Positions 34,569 through 49,130 of a stretch of DNA of 64,000 bases are shown in pieces. Under the pieces are notes generated by a model that saw nothing but the letters and a program-made list of their open reading frames with translations, had not been told where the DNA came from and searched no databases. This DNA comes from Haplodiscus bocki (taxonomy: Eukaryota). The translations under genes were made by a program, and so were the position numbers. Position 1 is the first letter of the stretch. Each line of letters starts with the position of its first letter. Location: assembly GCA_965655095.1 (NCBI GenBank), contig OZ296659.1:3720001-3784000 (forward strand), read 5' to 3'.

Positions 34569-37500
34569 AATATAACGCTTCATTACACGTGGCCACTTGC
34601 TTTCCAGGCAATGCCGAGTTGACTTGAGGCTGGTCTTTATTAGAGCACCTAAAAAGTCCTCTTGATCATGAGGACCTTGAAGGATGTATCTGTTGAAAAT
34701 TTAAACATGATTACAAATCAACCTAATTGATGAACACATTGAATCATGAAGGAACCAAATATTCATCAAAGACTTGTTCACTTTCAGAATCCGATAGACA
34801 AACTACAAGCTTCCCAAGGTCAAGTAAAGTAAAAACTTATTGATGTTGTTTTTTTAAAGATAAACGAACAAGTCACTAGTCTTACAGGTGGTGGAAACGA
34901 GACTTTCGTGGAAAACCACTGGTCTCACATCGATGTCTGAAACGCATGAAAAAAAAGAACGGGCAGAAAGACGACGCAAATTCTAATCCAGAATGTTTTC
35001 TTGATTTTTGTTTCTTCCAAGTTATAATATACCAATTCGGGTTTCGCTGTGCCTAAACCTCTGTTGTGGAGAGTTTGAAAGAATGTTGTCTAGGCCTTTC
35101 AAGTGCAACATAATCATTGGTTGTCAACAGCAGGTGGGCCTTATGGAAAAAATACCGAAACAATTGTTCTAGCCGGTAGATTAAAAGAAATTTATTTGGT
35201 TTAGAAGACTTCTAATTTTCAGTAAACATCATTCCACTTAGGTTAGAGTCATTTGCAAGTGATTGCGTTTGGCTCTTCAGTTCGTTCAGTAAAGAATTGA
35301 ACTATATATTAGTCATGCAATTCTTCTCTTCAGATGTTAATTCAGAACTAATAATTTATCCGTATTGATTGACCAGCATAAAAACCAATTGGAAAAAAAA
35401 CGTTTTCGAAAAAAGTTCCGTGAAGTATCTCGTGGATCAATGGAAATGTGTTTGAGGTCCAGTGGACACACAAACAGAATACTAACAGCTTGCAGGTAAT
35501 TCCAAGGATCATTTTATTCTCCATAAACACAGTGACGTCTCAGAAAGTTTTCAAAATCACAAAAGAATCTTTCCTGGGCATTAAGACAGACAAATTACTT
35601 GATTTGGAACAAAGAAACGATCACTTCCAATATTCTAGGTAACATCACTTTTTTCAGTTTTTCCCACTTCTAAGTTTATAATATCTGAACGGATGCATTT
35701 TTTATGGCATTGACGAGGGACAGTTTTTCATAACATCGTGAGCTTTCGGACATAAATGGCCAATCATAATCGAAAAAGCTTGGTAGGTTCGTTGTAGTGA
35801 GAAAGGAATCTGGATGGATTCAACTAAGATACGAACCCATACCGAGTGTAAAACAAAAAACAACGTTTTTGTGTCTTCTGGTTAGTTCCAGAAGCGTCTT
35901 TCGGAGAACTAAACAACAAAAACTAACCGTTGAAAGACAATGAAGCTGATGCTACGGAAAGAACTGTTAACCCCTGCCATTCATGCCACTTCGAAGAAGA
36001 ATATCGAACTCAACTTTGTCTTGACGTTTAAAAATGTAAAACAAAACGTTTGAGTAGAAGTGATTCTGCAACTGGAACAAACAACTTTTATTTCTAAATC
36101 CCGCTAAGGGGTGAAGTCTACCAGAAGAATTATTTATGAAGTCGAGTTGACAAATATTTGCAGAATTTTTTTTAAAATGAAAATTGCAAAAGTAGCGTAG
36201 TTTCCAATAAGAGTGTCACTTTTGAATGCGAATTTAATGAGAACTTGAAATAAATAAAAAAAAGGTATCTGCAAGAGTATCGAAGTTATCGCACTGAAAA
36301 AACCATTCTTACAGTTTGGACGCTTCAAAGCGTCTGTTGAAAACCGTTGGCGTTAATTTCTTTTAGAGTTGAGACTTTCGCCATAAAACTTTTTGTTGGA
36401 AGTGGTAATTCTGTTGATTTGAAATCAATTTCCTCAGGATCTTTTGGTAAGATCGAGCTTCAATTTTTGGAGATTTTTTCCGTAAACTATTTTTTGGAAG
36501 AACGAAACTTAGACAAATTGAAGAAAAATTTCACCCAGTGAGTCGACAAAAGACAAGTTTTTACCCACTAGCGAATTCAAAATCCCGAATGGAGATATTT
36601 GAGAAATTCGGGGTGACAATCAAAATCATTAATTAGGCGAAATTTTGATTGATAAGGTAGTTTCCAAAAAATAGAAGATTAATTTTTTTCGAAAGTGTTT
36701 TATGACAGAACTTGATCAACATTTTTATATAAATCCTTAAGATAAAGGAGCATTCACGCACAAAACGGATGACAATCTTCAGTGTCGAGATTTTCTCCAG
36801 AAAATGTAAGTTTTGAGAAAACCAAAGTTTGAGCAAATCATTTCACTCTCCAGAAAAAGGTGGTGCCGGAAAAATGAAGCTGATTTTTGGCATAAGTTAC
36901 AGCAATTCAATCTTTGAAATACCACATTGCAGCAATTTGGTGAAACAATTCACTCGCACACGTGGATGGGGGACTATTTTGAGCCCTGTGAATGCACGAA
37001 AAGTCCCCGAAAAAAAGTAATTTGGAGAGTCGACCTGACAAAAATGTTGCAAAAAATTCCTTTGACAAATATTTCAAAATTCGAAGAGCTTCCAAAAAGC
37101 CTCACAGTTTTAATTTGATGTAAAAGAAAACTTAGTCGAAAAACAAAGATTGCTTCAAGAATTAAAAATTTTTAGAACTAAAAAAAAACCTGTGCACTGA
37201 AGAGACGACGATGATGCTGATGATTTTGATCAAATAATATCAACTTTTCCAAAACTTAATGGTATGATTGAGGCTAACATTGGCATATGAGTCAGCGAGT
37301 CAATTTTGGGACGATGGGGTCAACGAAAGTATCATTTTGGAAAATGAAAAAAAATCGACTTCACCGAGCCGTTATGGGAAACTGTTGATTTGAACCAAGG
37401 CTTAAAGGTCTTGGCCGACCGGAAACTCAATTTTTTCAAATCAAACTGAGAAGTGATAAAAAAGCAACACGTTCCTCTATTATTACAAAAGGTTGTCGAA

Positions 37501-40299
37501 CTAAAACTCAACACCCATACACAGTGGATCATTATGAAGCGTCTGGGGAAATCCGATGCACGTTATCGTTCCTCAGTGTTGACTTTTTTCCAAAAACTGC
37601 AGATCATGAAATTGTCCTCTTTGAGAGGAAGAATTTCTTTTCGTCTAAAATTGTTGGCCGATCAGATCGACTTGACATGTGGCTTGTGTGTCCCGGAGTC
37701 GTTTTTGGAAAACCAAACTTGAACAAAACAAGATACCTCAAGATAAGTTGTGCTGGAAAAAATTAAACTTTTCGCCTGTGTCCAGATCATTCTTCTTAAT
37801 CAGCAGTAAATTAACTTTTGCATATTCAAACACTTTGCTGAAATTGTCGTCCTGTCCACTCTGGTTAGTTTGTCCCGGGATGGTACAAGAGTTTTCGGAT
37901 TCTTTCAGCAATCAAAAACTAAGGAGGAAATCGGGTTCGGGATTTGCAAGTCATTAGCCGCATTCGAATGAAAATGCATGGATGAAGAATTGAATTTTGA
38001 ACGTCCACGAAAGCACTCAAACCTTACCGAATTGAAACACTCAAAATGCCACACTGGAGAACCATTTCCAGCGTCGCAGTTTGATTTTTTATCAGAATTG
38101 TTCTTGCATGATGTTTTGCGAAACATTTTAATAGACTTTCCTCAAAAAATCACCCACACTAAATTTCAACAAATCTCTATAACTTATTTCATACCACTAC
38201 TTGCTAATTTGCACTTCGGTTCTTCATTAGTAATGTACCTTCTGTCATGCATTGGCCTAAAATCAATTGAATGCTGTAAAGCAAGTTGGTTTTGAATATT
38301 TGATTTTCTAAGAAGTTCAAAATTCTCAGCAAAACAAGTGTAGAAGAGTTTCAGAAAAAGGCAATCAAATACAAAAACACATGCTTTTCCTATGTTCAAA
38401 ATATCCATAGATGATTTTGCCGCTTTTGCCTGACGAACCTTGTTCAACTTTCGCAAGAAAACTATAGAATTTTAAAAATTCCCCACTTCTTGTATTCGAA
38501 AGTCACAGTTTTCATTAATTGCAGTCCTGATTGTCGAGAAGGTTTCATCAGTAGCAACCACTTTAGTTGCAAATTTTAAATACCGTTTTTTTTAATCATT
38601 TTGTTAAACTAGTCATTAAAAAAGTTTTAATGTCAAAAACCAGTGTCCCCCGTCGATATGTATTTCAACAAACTACTTTATTAAGCAGAGGTTCAAAACG
38701 GGGGTCTCTTGAACCGATTTTCCCAAAACGCTAGACTCCCTCACAAATGATTCGTTGTAAGTGAAAAGACCACAATCAAAATTTATATCAATTTTCCGAA
38801 TTAAAAAACCACTGTGCTTGGGTTGATACCTTGAACCTCAAAAATTACAAAAAGGTTGATTTGAAGCCGACTAAAATTGTTCATACCTATTTGTCCTATC
38901 CAAACAGTCAAATATTTCACTAAATTGCCACAACGAAGCGGAATTTATTCGGGTGCCAAACAAGTACAAGTTTCTTGCAAATCTTAATGTAACTGTAAAA
39001 GTATCCACGTTTGATTTCTAGTTGCTCTTCCATCTTGTTTTGTAGTTGTTCCAACGTATCGTTCATTGTAGTATTTCTGAGACACATCAAGAAAAAACTT
39101 AGTCCAAAATTTCTATGGATTTCACAGGCATCAGTTGTTTCAATCGAAGGTGTATTTAAACTTTTGGTTCACTTTGATTACAACTACATCATTTGCGTCG
39201 ACCTTTTCCTGGTCTGCAGCGTTCAAAATAACTTTTGGTGCTGGCAAAAAAATCGATTTATGTCCGATGACGTCTAGGCACAAATAACAGCTCACATAGG
39301 TTTTCACAACGATTATATGCTTGTGGCGTTCGTCGGCCCATTCTGCTTTCAACTAATAAGGCAGGGTCTCTAAAGTTTTGAAAAAATAGTTTACTTCATT
39401 TGATTTGAACCAGCTGCACTAGATAGCTAGTCTGGATTTTGAAGAAGTCGAACTCCATATCCTCTTCGAACTTGACAATGTTGGAGATGATGGTCCCAAC
39501 TATCATACAAATATGTCTTCAGAGCCCAACTATGGAAAATTGCTCGATCTAGGTCTCTACTCAAAATTCAAAGCCTCTATAGCGTTTTCCCACATCAGCA
39601 AAAGAACCGATAGAATGGAATATTTAAAAACAAAGCAAAAAATCAGATCCATGAAAAGCATACCTTTACAACGGGAATAAAAAATGAATTGACGGCGCCC
39701 AAGATGAGAAAAAAAGTGATGGCCGAAAATTGGCAGATGGTAGTAAAAAAGCTAAAAGTGACCTAAAAAAATCATTGGGAATCGATCAATAAAGTTACCG
39801 AAATAGGCGGGGATCACCCGAACAAGCAAAAGGGTTTTTGAAGCACAAAATTTATGTAGGTGCAGCCTGAACTAGGGTTTGAGAGGGGTGGAAGTTTCAA
39901 GAACTTGAAAATCACGTCAAAACACCTCAAAAATGCTTGAAAAGTCGACAAAAAGGCACATTTTTTCAAACAAGAGGAACATAAAGAGGAGTCAAAACAG
40001 TTAAATTGTCAATCATCAATTTTTTCCGAAGCTGGAGTTCTTGAGCTTTAAGGACTGCAGGCGTTATTAGTTGTTGCAGCGAAGAATAGGAGTTAAAAAC
40101 TTAAAAAACTGACTTCAGCGTTGTGACGGAAAGATCTAAACTATCAGGATGTGCACACATTATATCCGACGAGACTTCGTTGTTTCTTGTGGGCCTATTT
40201 ACAATGCGTATTGAGAACAAAAACTTCAAGGACTCTTTGTTTCTGTCAAAAAGCTGAAATTAGTCACCAAGTTTTCCCGACCTGACCGCTAAGCGACTC

Positions 40300-43200
40300 A
40301 GAGGAAGTAATGTCAGGTGGTGTGCCCAAAGTGTGGGTGTTTGTTTTCGGGGTTTATAGAAACTTCTTTTCCGAAGGAAGTTTTTGGTTCATTAGTCTTT
40401 GAGATTTTGATACTTTTGGAAAGCCATTCCAGTGCCAGAGAGTAATACTTCTTTTAATTCATTTCAACGGGCGAAACCACGAAAGGGCAATTAATTGATA
40501 ATTTCAATTGTTAGGAACTTTTCGTGGTTCCATTGAAGTGCTGTATAATTTTACAAAAAAGGACAATTCTTCAAAAATTGAAGTCTCCCATGTTTTTTGT
40601 GCCAACCTCATTCGGCCCATTTTCAATCTCAGAAACGCTCATAAAAAACTTGCGCCTTCTTCACTGCATGTTTTTGAAGGAGCCCGTTGCACTTGTACGT
40701 AGATGTGTTCTGGTGACATCGGCAGCCCCAGGAAAAACTAGTTCGATTCGCTCAATCTTGTTTTCATGACGTCTAAGTGACTGTCCCAGCAGCCAACCCG
40801 AACCTCAAGGTTCCAGAACCAGCTCGTATTCTTTGACTTAAAATATCTTACATTCTGCTTGATGAGATTTTATTGGCCCCAACTGTACCAAACGTTTTGA
40901 CTAAAAACATGAAGCAATTTTTTAAATTTTGTCAATGAGGTATTTGGCAATAATGGTTCTGGTAAACTTGATTGTCACAAAAGAAAAGTATGTGGCGACA
41001 ACGCTCTTGAGTTTTCAGCGTTATCACTACCGGGTGTCAATTGTCTCGGATTCAGCTTTTGTTCATTCAAAGACACCGTGGTCGTCAACACTGGTAACGC
41101 CAGCTGTCGATTTTCAAGAAGCACGCGCAAGGTTTCCTGCAGCTTGATCCTTTTCTTTTGACCACTCTCCGAACTCACGAGCAGCTCTCAAAAAGTTAGT
41201 TCCATTGTCGCTGAGGACAGTGTGTGGTCTATTATGTCTTGTCCTGAAATTCGTTTTTGCCATCAACAACGCGTTCATGCCCAGCCCAATTTGATCACTT
41301 TCATGCGAACGGCTTTAGTCAGCAAACCTGTGAAAAAACAAGAATTGTGTTCCACTGGCCCCTGCAGAAGTTTCACTTCAAGTGGACCAAAATAAACTAC
41401 TCCAGTCGTTTGAGGAGATATACGTTACCATGTACATTTGATCTCAGAATAACAGCGAAAGGAGAATTTATTTGTTACACTGAAAGTTTTTTGCATGTGA
41501 TACACTTCGCTTTGATGCCGCTCAATGCATTTTTTGTTCCAAAAACCCAAAACCGTTGTTGAACCGTGCTTTTCACGTAATTTGTTCTCTCCTGGTGTTT
41601 GTCTTCATTCATTTGTTTCAAAATGAGAATAACTGCGCGATCTTCGATTACAATTAAAACTGAACGTTTGACCTGATCGCAGATGGTGGTTTTGTTCAAA
41701 CGACTTTTCAGTTAATTGATGTTGTCACTTTCAGCCATCGAAAAAACTTAGCTAAGTCATGTGTCATTTTGCATCATCCGTTGTATTCTAAATTGTGAAG
41801 ACTTCCTCGAAGTTTTCACGTTTAACCATCTGCAGTAACAATAGTTCACCAGTATCAAATGCCACACTTTTTAAACTCACCGTCTACCTCAAATCAAATC
41901 CGAGGTAGTAAATAAATAAAAGTTCATAAATATTTTCGAACCTTGACCAATCAAGGATATTGGCAGTACAGTGTCGCCATCATCTGCTAAATTACTTGCT
42001 CTGAACGACCAATAGGGTCGGGCCGTACTTCAGAAAAACAAAACAACCGGTCTTGCCATTCTAATTGAAACAACAGTGCCATATGCAAATCCTGTTCCAA
42101 GTACAGAGAGATTCATACTGCCGTTCACATGTCGCAATTCTTGTAGAGTTGGTTGATACCGTATTGATCCTACTCAATCTACAAACCAACGCTTTCGGCC
42201 GTTTGTCGGCCGAATGTATTCTTCGCAACAAAATCATCGAATTAGTCCAATGTATCCCTGTATGGATCTGGATATCAAATTGTTCGGCTCTCATCTTTTT
42301 CAATCTCAAAAAAAGTTTTGCTGCGTGCAAGTCTGTGGTCTGTTGTTTCATTGGAGCAGTTCTGAAGTTGCCAATGACAAAGGCAACATCCGTGCGACTA
42401 TCTTCAGCTGGCTGGTAAACCACTAAACACATTAATTTCGGAAACTGATCGCAAAAACTAATCAATTCATATCTGTCGTACTGCCGGTCAAAATTTAATC
42501 TTTCCAAAGTCATGCACTTCAATTCAGTCTGTTTTTGGTCTCGATTGAGAAACTGCTCCTACTTATTAACATTCCCTTTTTCAGCCAAATATCCACTTTT
42601 ATGTCGTGATAACTTCAGAGAGATGCTCATTCTCGTTGTCAAAGATGCATAGGGTCTCAAGGGACCAAATACTGATCGTAAAATTGAAAACATTGACCGC
42701 TCTGTAATCTTGTTATGCATTCGTTTCCCGGAACTGCGACAAAAAGTTTCTGTGTATTTGTTCACATTCAATTCCGTGCCTAGAGTTGACAAGGTATGAG
42801 GCTGTTCCTCAATTATTTTGCTTCTTCTTTCTGTTCGGTTTTCATCGGGAAATCTTTTTGTGACCATTTCACTTTTGATGAATCTTTTCAGCAAGATGAA
42901 CTATCCCAGGACTAGAGGTTTTTGCAGGTCTTTGTACACCGGTAAAACTTTTTGCAAAATGGCAACAGACTTCGTAATTTTTTCCGTACGTAAGTTCTTT
43001 TTGATTGCCTTGTCGGCTCTTGACTGACTTTTGTTTTTCGCCACTCCAGTTTGAAGGCAATCACCGTTTGCACATTTGAGACTGCTTTTCGTAACAAAAA
43101 CATGTCTGCTATACTGGTAAACGGCAATGTGGTCTTCGCGTTTACTCTTCCTGGGGAGTCAGATCATTTGACACTTCTTTGATGGAAGTCTCACTCTCAC

Positions 43201-44200
43201 TTCTTTGAAGCTCCTATGTGCAGTTTCAAAGAAGTTTGGTGCTCTCTGAAACTGGAAGGGTTTCCAACGATGTTCGACAGGGAATCAAGCACGGTCAAAA
43301 GTTTTCCGTTCAAGGGTTCTCCTCTGTACTTCACCTTACTCAATGATTACTCATGCTAGATCTTTCACTTGCATCTAACTTCTTGAGGACTACGTGGGTT
43401 GGTCATTGGTTGATGCAGCTGGTACCACTGTTTTTATTTTTTGTGTCTTCCAGCTTTTCATATATTTGGCTAACTTTGCTACTTTGCAGGTCCAGCTTGA
43501 TAGCTTCTTCATATCGCCACTTCAAAGACTCATACTTTGCCGTCGTCGTTCCAATAAACGGAAGTGCAAATGTGCTGAAACGTAATTGTTCTCAAAAGTC
43601 GCTTTGCCTCCAGCCCAAGTTAACCCACCTTCAAAGACTTTTTTGTTGTCTTCTCCAGTAGCTCGTGAACTTTCTTGACTTGCCTTGAGTGATCACTGAT
43701 GTTCACTCTTGGAGCGTATGACTCCATGCCCAATCAGGACTTCAATTGCTTTACCAGTCCAACATCTTCCTATACAACAATGCCTTTGGCTGCTATCGGC
43801 TCTACTTGCTCTTTTGGTAGTGGATAACCCAATGTCCACTCAAGCGTCACCTTGAGAACATTTTGCTCATTTCGCTTGCTTTTCCTGTACCCTAAAGGAA
43901 AGAACAAGTGGTAATTGTTTTGCCCCTGAACCAGTTTGATCTGTTTCGGAATCGTACTGTTGTCCGGTAGATTATCCGGATGACTTATTTTGTGGGAAGT
44001 ACCTGTGTCAATTTGTTAGATGTTTTCCGAAGAGAACCTACAACATTTCTCCAGTTGGGATAATCACTTGACTTCTTCAATTCGTTGAATCTCATTCTGT
44101 CTGCTTACCTCGAGAATTCCACAATATTCAATGTGGCAGATTTTTCCTGCGTTTATTTTAGGATAAAATATAATTTTTTTTCTAACTCCGAGAGGAAAAA
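40300..44200 (-). mobile_element. BEL/Pao LTR retrotransposon pol remnant
   Basis: KITERSMFSILRSVFGPL (TKR.ILS..FDPLG-like); RNase H FCDQ...VAFVIGNFRTAPMK...HWTNSMIL; integrase PHTVLSDNGTNFLRA and LNPRQLTPGSD...ALSPHTFLL. Confidence 0.85.
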
Positions 44201-44352
44201 CGTGTCTGAACTAAGGGAAACTTCCTGGTCGGTGGAAACCAAACAACAGCTGACTTGAATCTTCACAAGAGAGTTAAGGATTTGCCGAGCCCTGGTTTGT
44301 CCTAATTTGAAACAGCAAAACCGGATTTTGGATTTTGAAATGACAGTACACT

Positions 44353-44906
44353 AGTAGTGGAAGAGTGAGCAGATCAGGTGGAACACCCTATGTATTAAGA
44401 TAGGCTATAGCGAGCCGAGAGAAACCGAGAGCCGAGAGCCGACAGGGGTCTTCCACCCTAGCCGAGAGCTCTCGGGAGACGTAATACTCGATTCTGTTTG
44501 GCTGACGACTCGAATTTGATTGGCTGCCAACGGTTATGTATCAAGACAGGGTTCGGTTCAGTGTATTAAGATAGGGTATAGTTCGGCTCAATGTATTAAG
44601 ATAGGGTATATTTCGTCTCAATGTATTAAGATATGGAAGAGGGTCTTTTCGGCATTGTTCGACAGTCTTCGGCACTGTTAGACTATTTCGAATTTTTTTT
44701 GAAAAAATACTTTTTGCAACATACATACTCTTAATAGTATACAAGCGAGCAAGACAGCCATGGGATCCCTCATGTATCAAGATGGGCTATAGCATCCGAG
44801 AGCGGAGGAGGGTCTTCACCCCTATGTATTAAGGTAGTGTACGTTTTTTGGCAATGTATTAAGACAGTGTTGGGTAATGTGAGTCGGTTTTCGGTCCTGT
44901 GAGACT
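44353..44906 (+). repeat. P3 left TIR
   Basis: Inverted match to ~61098-61685, with many internal TGTATTAAGATAGG units at ~30-bp spacing. Confidence 0.92.
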
Positions 44907-45427
44907 TTTGCGAAAACTTTTTTAAACTAATTTTTCCTTGCAGGCCCGCCCGTGCGGATAGTTTTTACAGCGCGGACTAATTTTTGCGTCTGCGGATACT
45001 GTTTTGACTTAATGCAATGTGAAAAGATACTTCGGCATTGTATTAAGATTGGGTATAATGCGGTAATGTATCAGGATAAGATATAACTCGATAACGTTAA
45101 TAGTTTAACAGGATAATGTCAAATAAACGTACAGACTGTAGCAACTTGACTGTAACAATGCAAAAGAAAAAATGGTGGAAAGTATGTAAAAAGTGTTACC
45201 GATTACGATATACCATATATGGAAAGACCAGACATAAAAGGAAAGACCAGCCATAAAAGGAAAAATTAACCATAAGAGGAACTGTCAATCATATTCCTTT
45301 ACGCGCGCGGATACTGATAAGAAATAACATTATGTAAAAAGTTTATAATAAATTCAAAAAACGTTAAATATAATGTCTAAAGTTTGACCAATACACGAAA
45401 TTATAAATTGAAAAATGATTGAATATC

Positions 45428-48400
45428 TTACAAATGAAGCGGTTGAGTGTGAATTCTATCACTCTCAACTAGTCGGTATGGGTAAAAGTAGGACAGACCT
45501 TTCTTAACTTGTTCATAGCTAGCAACAGAGTGATTGTTTGTTCGGAATCCTCTATTGTTCGAAGTGACGTTTATCTTTTCGTTCAAGACTCTCCGATACT
45601 TCTCCAGTAGTCCGTCGCCGCTCTGTTCCAGTTCGCGTTTATTGAGAATTTTACAGCTAGATTTAAATTTATGAGAGGTGAAGTCATTGCAGCAGTATGT
45701 CTTACTACATAGACATAATATCTCCGTACATCTGGAATCTTCTTTATATAGACCAGGCTCTCTCTTATCATCTTGTTTGTGTTTTACACAACATGTTCGG
45801 GGGAAGAAATTTGCTACAGCATCAGCAGGGAAACTATCGACACAGTCATTTGATCGCAACCTCTGCCGTTCCGTTCTCAATTGAGGTCTTATACAATCTT
45901 CCGGTTTTTCTTCGGCAAGGGCAAGGTACAGCGAATATGTGTCCCTTTCTAGTTCTTCGAACTTGTTTACATCACAGAATCTGGTGAAGAAGTTGTATTA
46001 CAGCTCCAACACTCGCAGTTTTGCGTATTGAAGAATGAAAAAGCCGACAATGATCGGCCCTTTGTGTTCAATCTGTGCTTTGGCGAGTTCAACTTCATAC
46101 AGTGAAATTTTCACATGATCTAGTTTTTTGAACAGTTTACTATTAATAGCCGCGTGAGTTTTTTTCGTCAGGACGGTACTTCATTACAGTGTGTCGGCTC
46201 CGGTCCATGACCTGGTAACCGTAGGAGCTGTTAACCAGAAGCTTCAATGTTTCTGCAGCGACACCTGAGTTTGGATTTTCGTAACCTTGCTTTCCTGCGT
46301 CCACTGCTAACTGCACAAATCTATCGAAGCATTTCTTGGTCTCAATTTTACAATCAAGACTTGTACTATGAAAAATATACCTGACCATAATTTCAAAGCT
46401 ACGAGTCTTGTTTTGTCGAGGTGTGAATCTACTCGTTTCTGAGTCCAAATCCCAAAGCGTATAAAGAACGGTAGGCATGGGTTGACACATCGAGTAGGGG
46501 TATAGTCGGCTAGCGTCAATCCCAACAAAAGATTTGCATAAATCTTTTGATTTTCGAATATAAATTTCATCAAAAACTGCTTTCCGTGTAAAAACGATAG
46601 ATGGGCCACCAACAACATCTTCTCGGATTTTTTCCAAAAGGTCTTTATCTCCTTCCGTGATTGGATAGAATTTTGCATCAGTGGATTTGTGTAAGCAAAT
46701 GTTGGCCAGGTTTGGTAAAGTGCAACCAAGCTTTAACATATCGATATTTTTGTCCTGGTAAAAAGCAATAATTTTTTGCATTGCTTCTAAAGTTGGTACA
46801 ACATCTTTATTGTTATACCGGTTAAAAAAGTCTTTGATTGAGCTCATTTGTTCCTGCTTCCATATTTGTTGCAGCTATTGGTAATTCTCAATCCCGGTAC
46901 GGGGGTAGCTTTGATAGTTTTGATTTGACGACGGCTTGTTCTGTGGTCAATCGACTTTTCAATAAATTAACATAGTCCTTGTATTTAGCTTCAAGAGGGT
47001 TACAGCAACGAAATATACTGTAAAAGGCGTCATTTGGGAGAAGTTCTGTATTCTGCATTTTGTCAGGGTAATCAAACCATGCGTAGGGAAGAATCTTTTT
47101 GTTACTGAAGTTTTGTCTGCTTTCAAGAATGAATCAAGGCTTGTTGCTCCACCAAGAAAGTGTGTTATATCCAATAGATGAATATCACAAAATTTGAACG
47201 ATATGAAATGGTTCGCTTTCTTAATGACAGCGGTTTCAATGTCTTGTTCGCTAACAAGAATGGGTAGCAAATAGGATTTGATTAAGTTGATATCGTATTT
47301 TGCACTGTTGAAACCAAACAAAGGTAAAACATTGCAAAAACGTTCCAGAGATTCCTGAAGATCAAATAACTGATTTTTTTTGTATCTGTAAGAATTGATT
47401 TGAGGCACAAATTTCGTTATCACAATCATCTTGACTCATGTCAAACCTCGCGTGCCCTCGTTGAATATGACGTTGGGTAAGTTTCTCCAAGATGCTGCCC
47501 AGCTTAATCTTAATTGTTGTCTCGACATCAAGGAATAAAGTTTTCTTTTGTGCTTTACTTCGCAACGCTAGACCTTCCAGTGTTCCAATAAACGAGGAAA
47601 CGAGATAGTGAGGATCAGAAATGTAGAGAAAAGTTGGTTCCCCCACAAGATCTGAGGAAATGGAAACCGAGATGGGAACATGTTTTCCTATCCACGTTGT
47701 TGTCTTTGTATCGTTGAAGGACTCTTGGACACAGGTCGATTCAAAGCCGAATAATGCTAACTTTTTGAAAATTTCTTGTTGGCTTATGTACTTGATACCG
47801 AAAGTGTCCAAATTGTCAAAGAGAGTTTCTCGGATTCGATATACGTTCCTCGGATAGACATTTTTCCTTTGTTCACTGCATGTAGTTAAATGTCGCTGCA
47901 AGTTGAATATTCTGCTGAAAAAAGTTTCACCAGTAGGACAACGAAAATATTGAAAGACTGCACTAGCGTTGCTCTCATAACTTATTTGATATTTTTATCT
48001 CAACAGTTTGACAGTATTTTCGTCTTTCTGCACACTTCTTCTAGCAAGTTCTCCGACATTGGTTCCATCTACAATATCTACGTCACAAACAAGAATGTTG
48101 AATGTTAACAGAACCTCAAATATTGGAATAATGTTCTGGTGGACCCTTTTGCACTGATTGGGACTGATTTCATCCATTTTTTTGTGAATGAAATGGAACT
48201 GTTAGATATTTCTTCTTCCAGTCGTTGATTTCCGCGCAAATGGAGAGCAAGAGCACGAAATAGACACAAATTGTCATTATAAGTTTGTCTTGTATTTTCT
48301 TCAAACGTGAGACAGTTGGTTGTACCATTTCTCAACAGAGGTTCGGGTAAAACTGCGTCCACAGGTGCGTCTTTGAGAAGAGCTGCAAATACAGTCAAGT

Positions 48401-49130
48401 TTGTTAACCTGTACAACGTCCAATTTGTGTTCATTCTTTCTCGGCTACAAGACTCTATGACGTCAGTTTTGTTGAGAAAGTTTTTCAACTTTGCCAAGTC
48501 GGTATGAGCACACACATGTTTGGATCGATCCAGCAAGGTATTGTTTTCGTGTGCGAAAAAATATCTGAAGCCTCCGTCTTCTAAATTTTTCAAAATGAAA
48601 CCAAAAACCAGATTCACTTTTGGTGCACGTTTCAAATTGTTGACAAAATGATCAAGTTTTTCATTCACGATTGTTTCGTTGAGAGTTTCCACTGCGTAAT
48701 TGAATACTTTGTGTCACGCTCTTTCAAGTTCCGAATCCACCAAAAAACGTTGACAAGAACACAACTCTTCTCTCAACCTGTGATCCTCAACATCTCCCAC
48801 CATGTGTTCCACATCCATATCTCTTGTTTTTGATCCAATCTGCATGCCATTTTGAGTGTCTCTATGTTTAGGGAGAGCGTAAAATCCGGAAAACTCTCAA
48901 TAAAAAAGTTTACATTTGAAGGTGACAGCAGGTTTTGAAGCGCTGTGCTTCTTAGCAATATGGTAACTCAGATCATTTTGTGATTTTGTGGAGAAATTGA
49001 GACATTGGGTACAATACAATGTACCAGCAGAACATCTCTTCTTGTGACGCCCAAGATTCAGCTGTGTAGTTTGGGTAGCACAGTTTTCACATAAAATTTT
49101 TTTTTCGATTTAACAAAAGCATTTCAATAA
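45428..49130 (-). pseudogene. P3 pPolB with N-terminal Zn fingers
   Basis: DNLCLFRALALH; exonuclease region FGFEST and FGFNSAKYDINLIK; YNNKDVVPTL; VVGGPSIVFTRK; motif A GIDASRLYPYSM; motif B KLLVNSSYGYQ; degenerate motif C ELERDTYSLYL; REPGLYKE..CLCSKTYC. Confidence 0.93.

Noticed and set aside
34600-40300. Short ORFs and possible transposon ends (TTAACCC at ~35967, CAGTGTCCCC at 38641)
   Set aside because: No matching partner ends or recognisable domains found; probably old TE debris.
44540-44880. Repeat ORF (PYLNTL)n at 44541-44780 and its mirror at 61172-61483
   Set aside because: These are translations of the ~30-bp TIR subrepeats, not genes.
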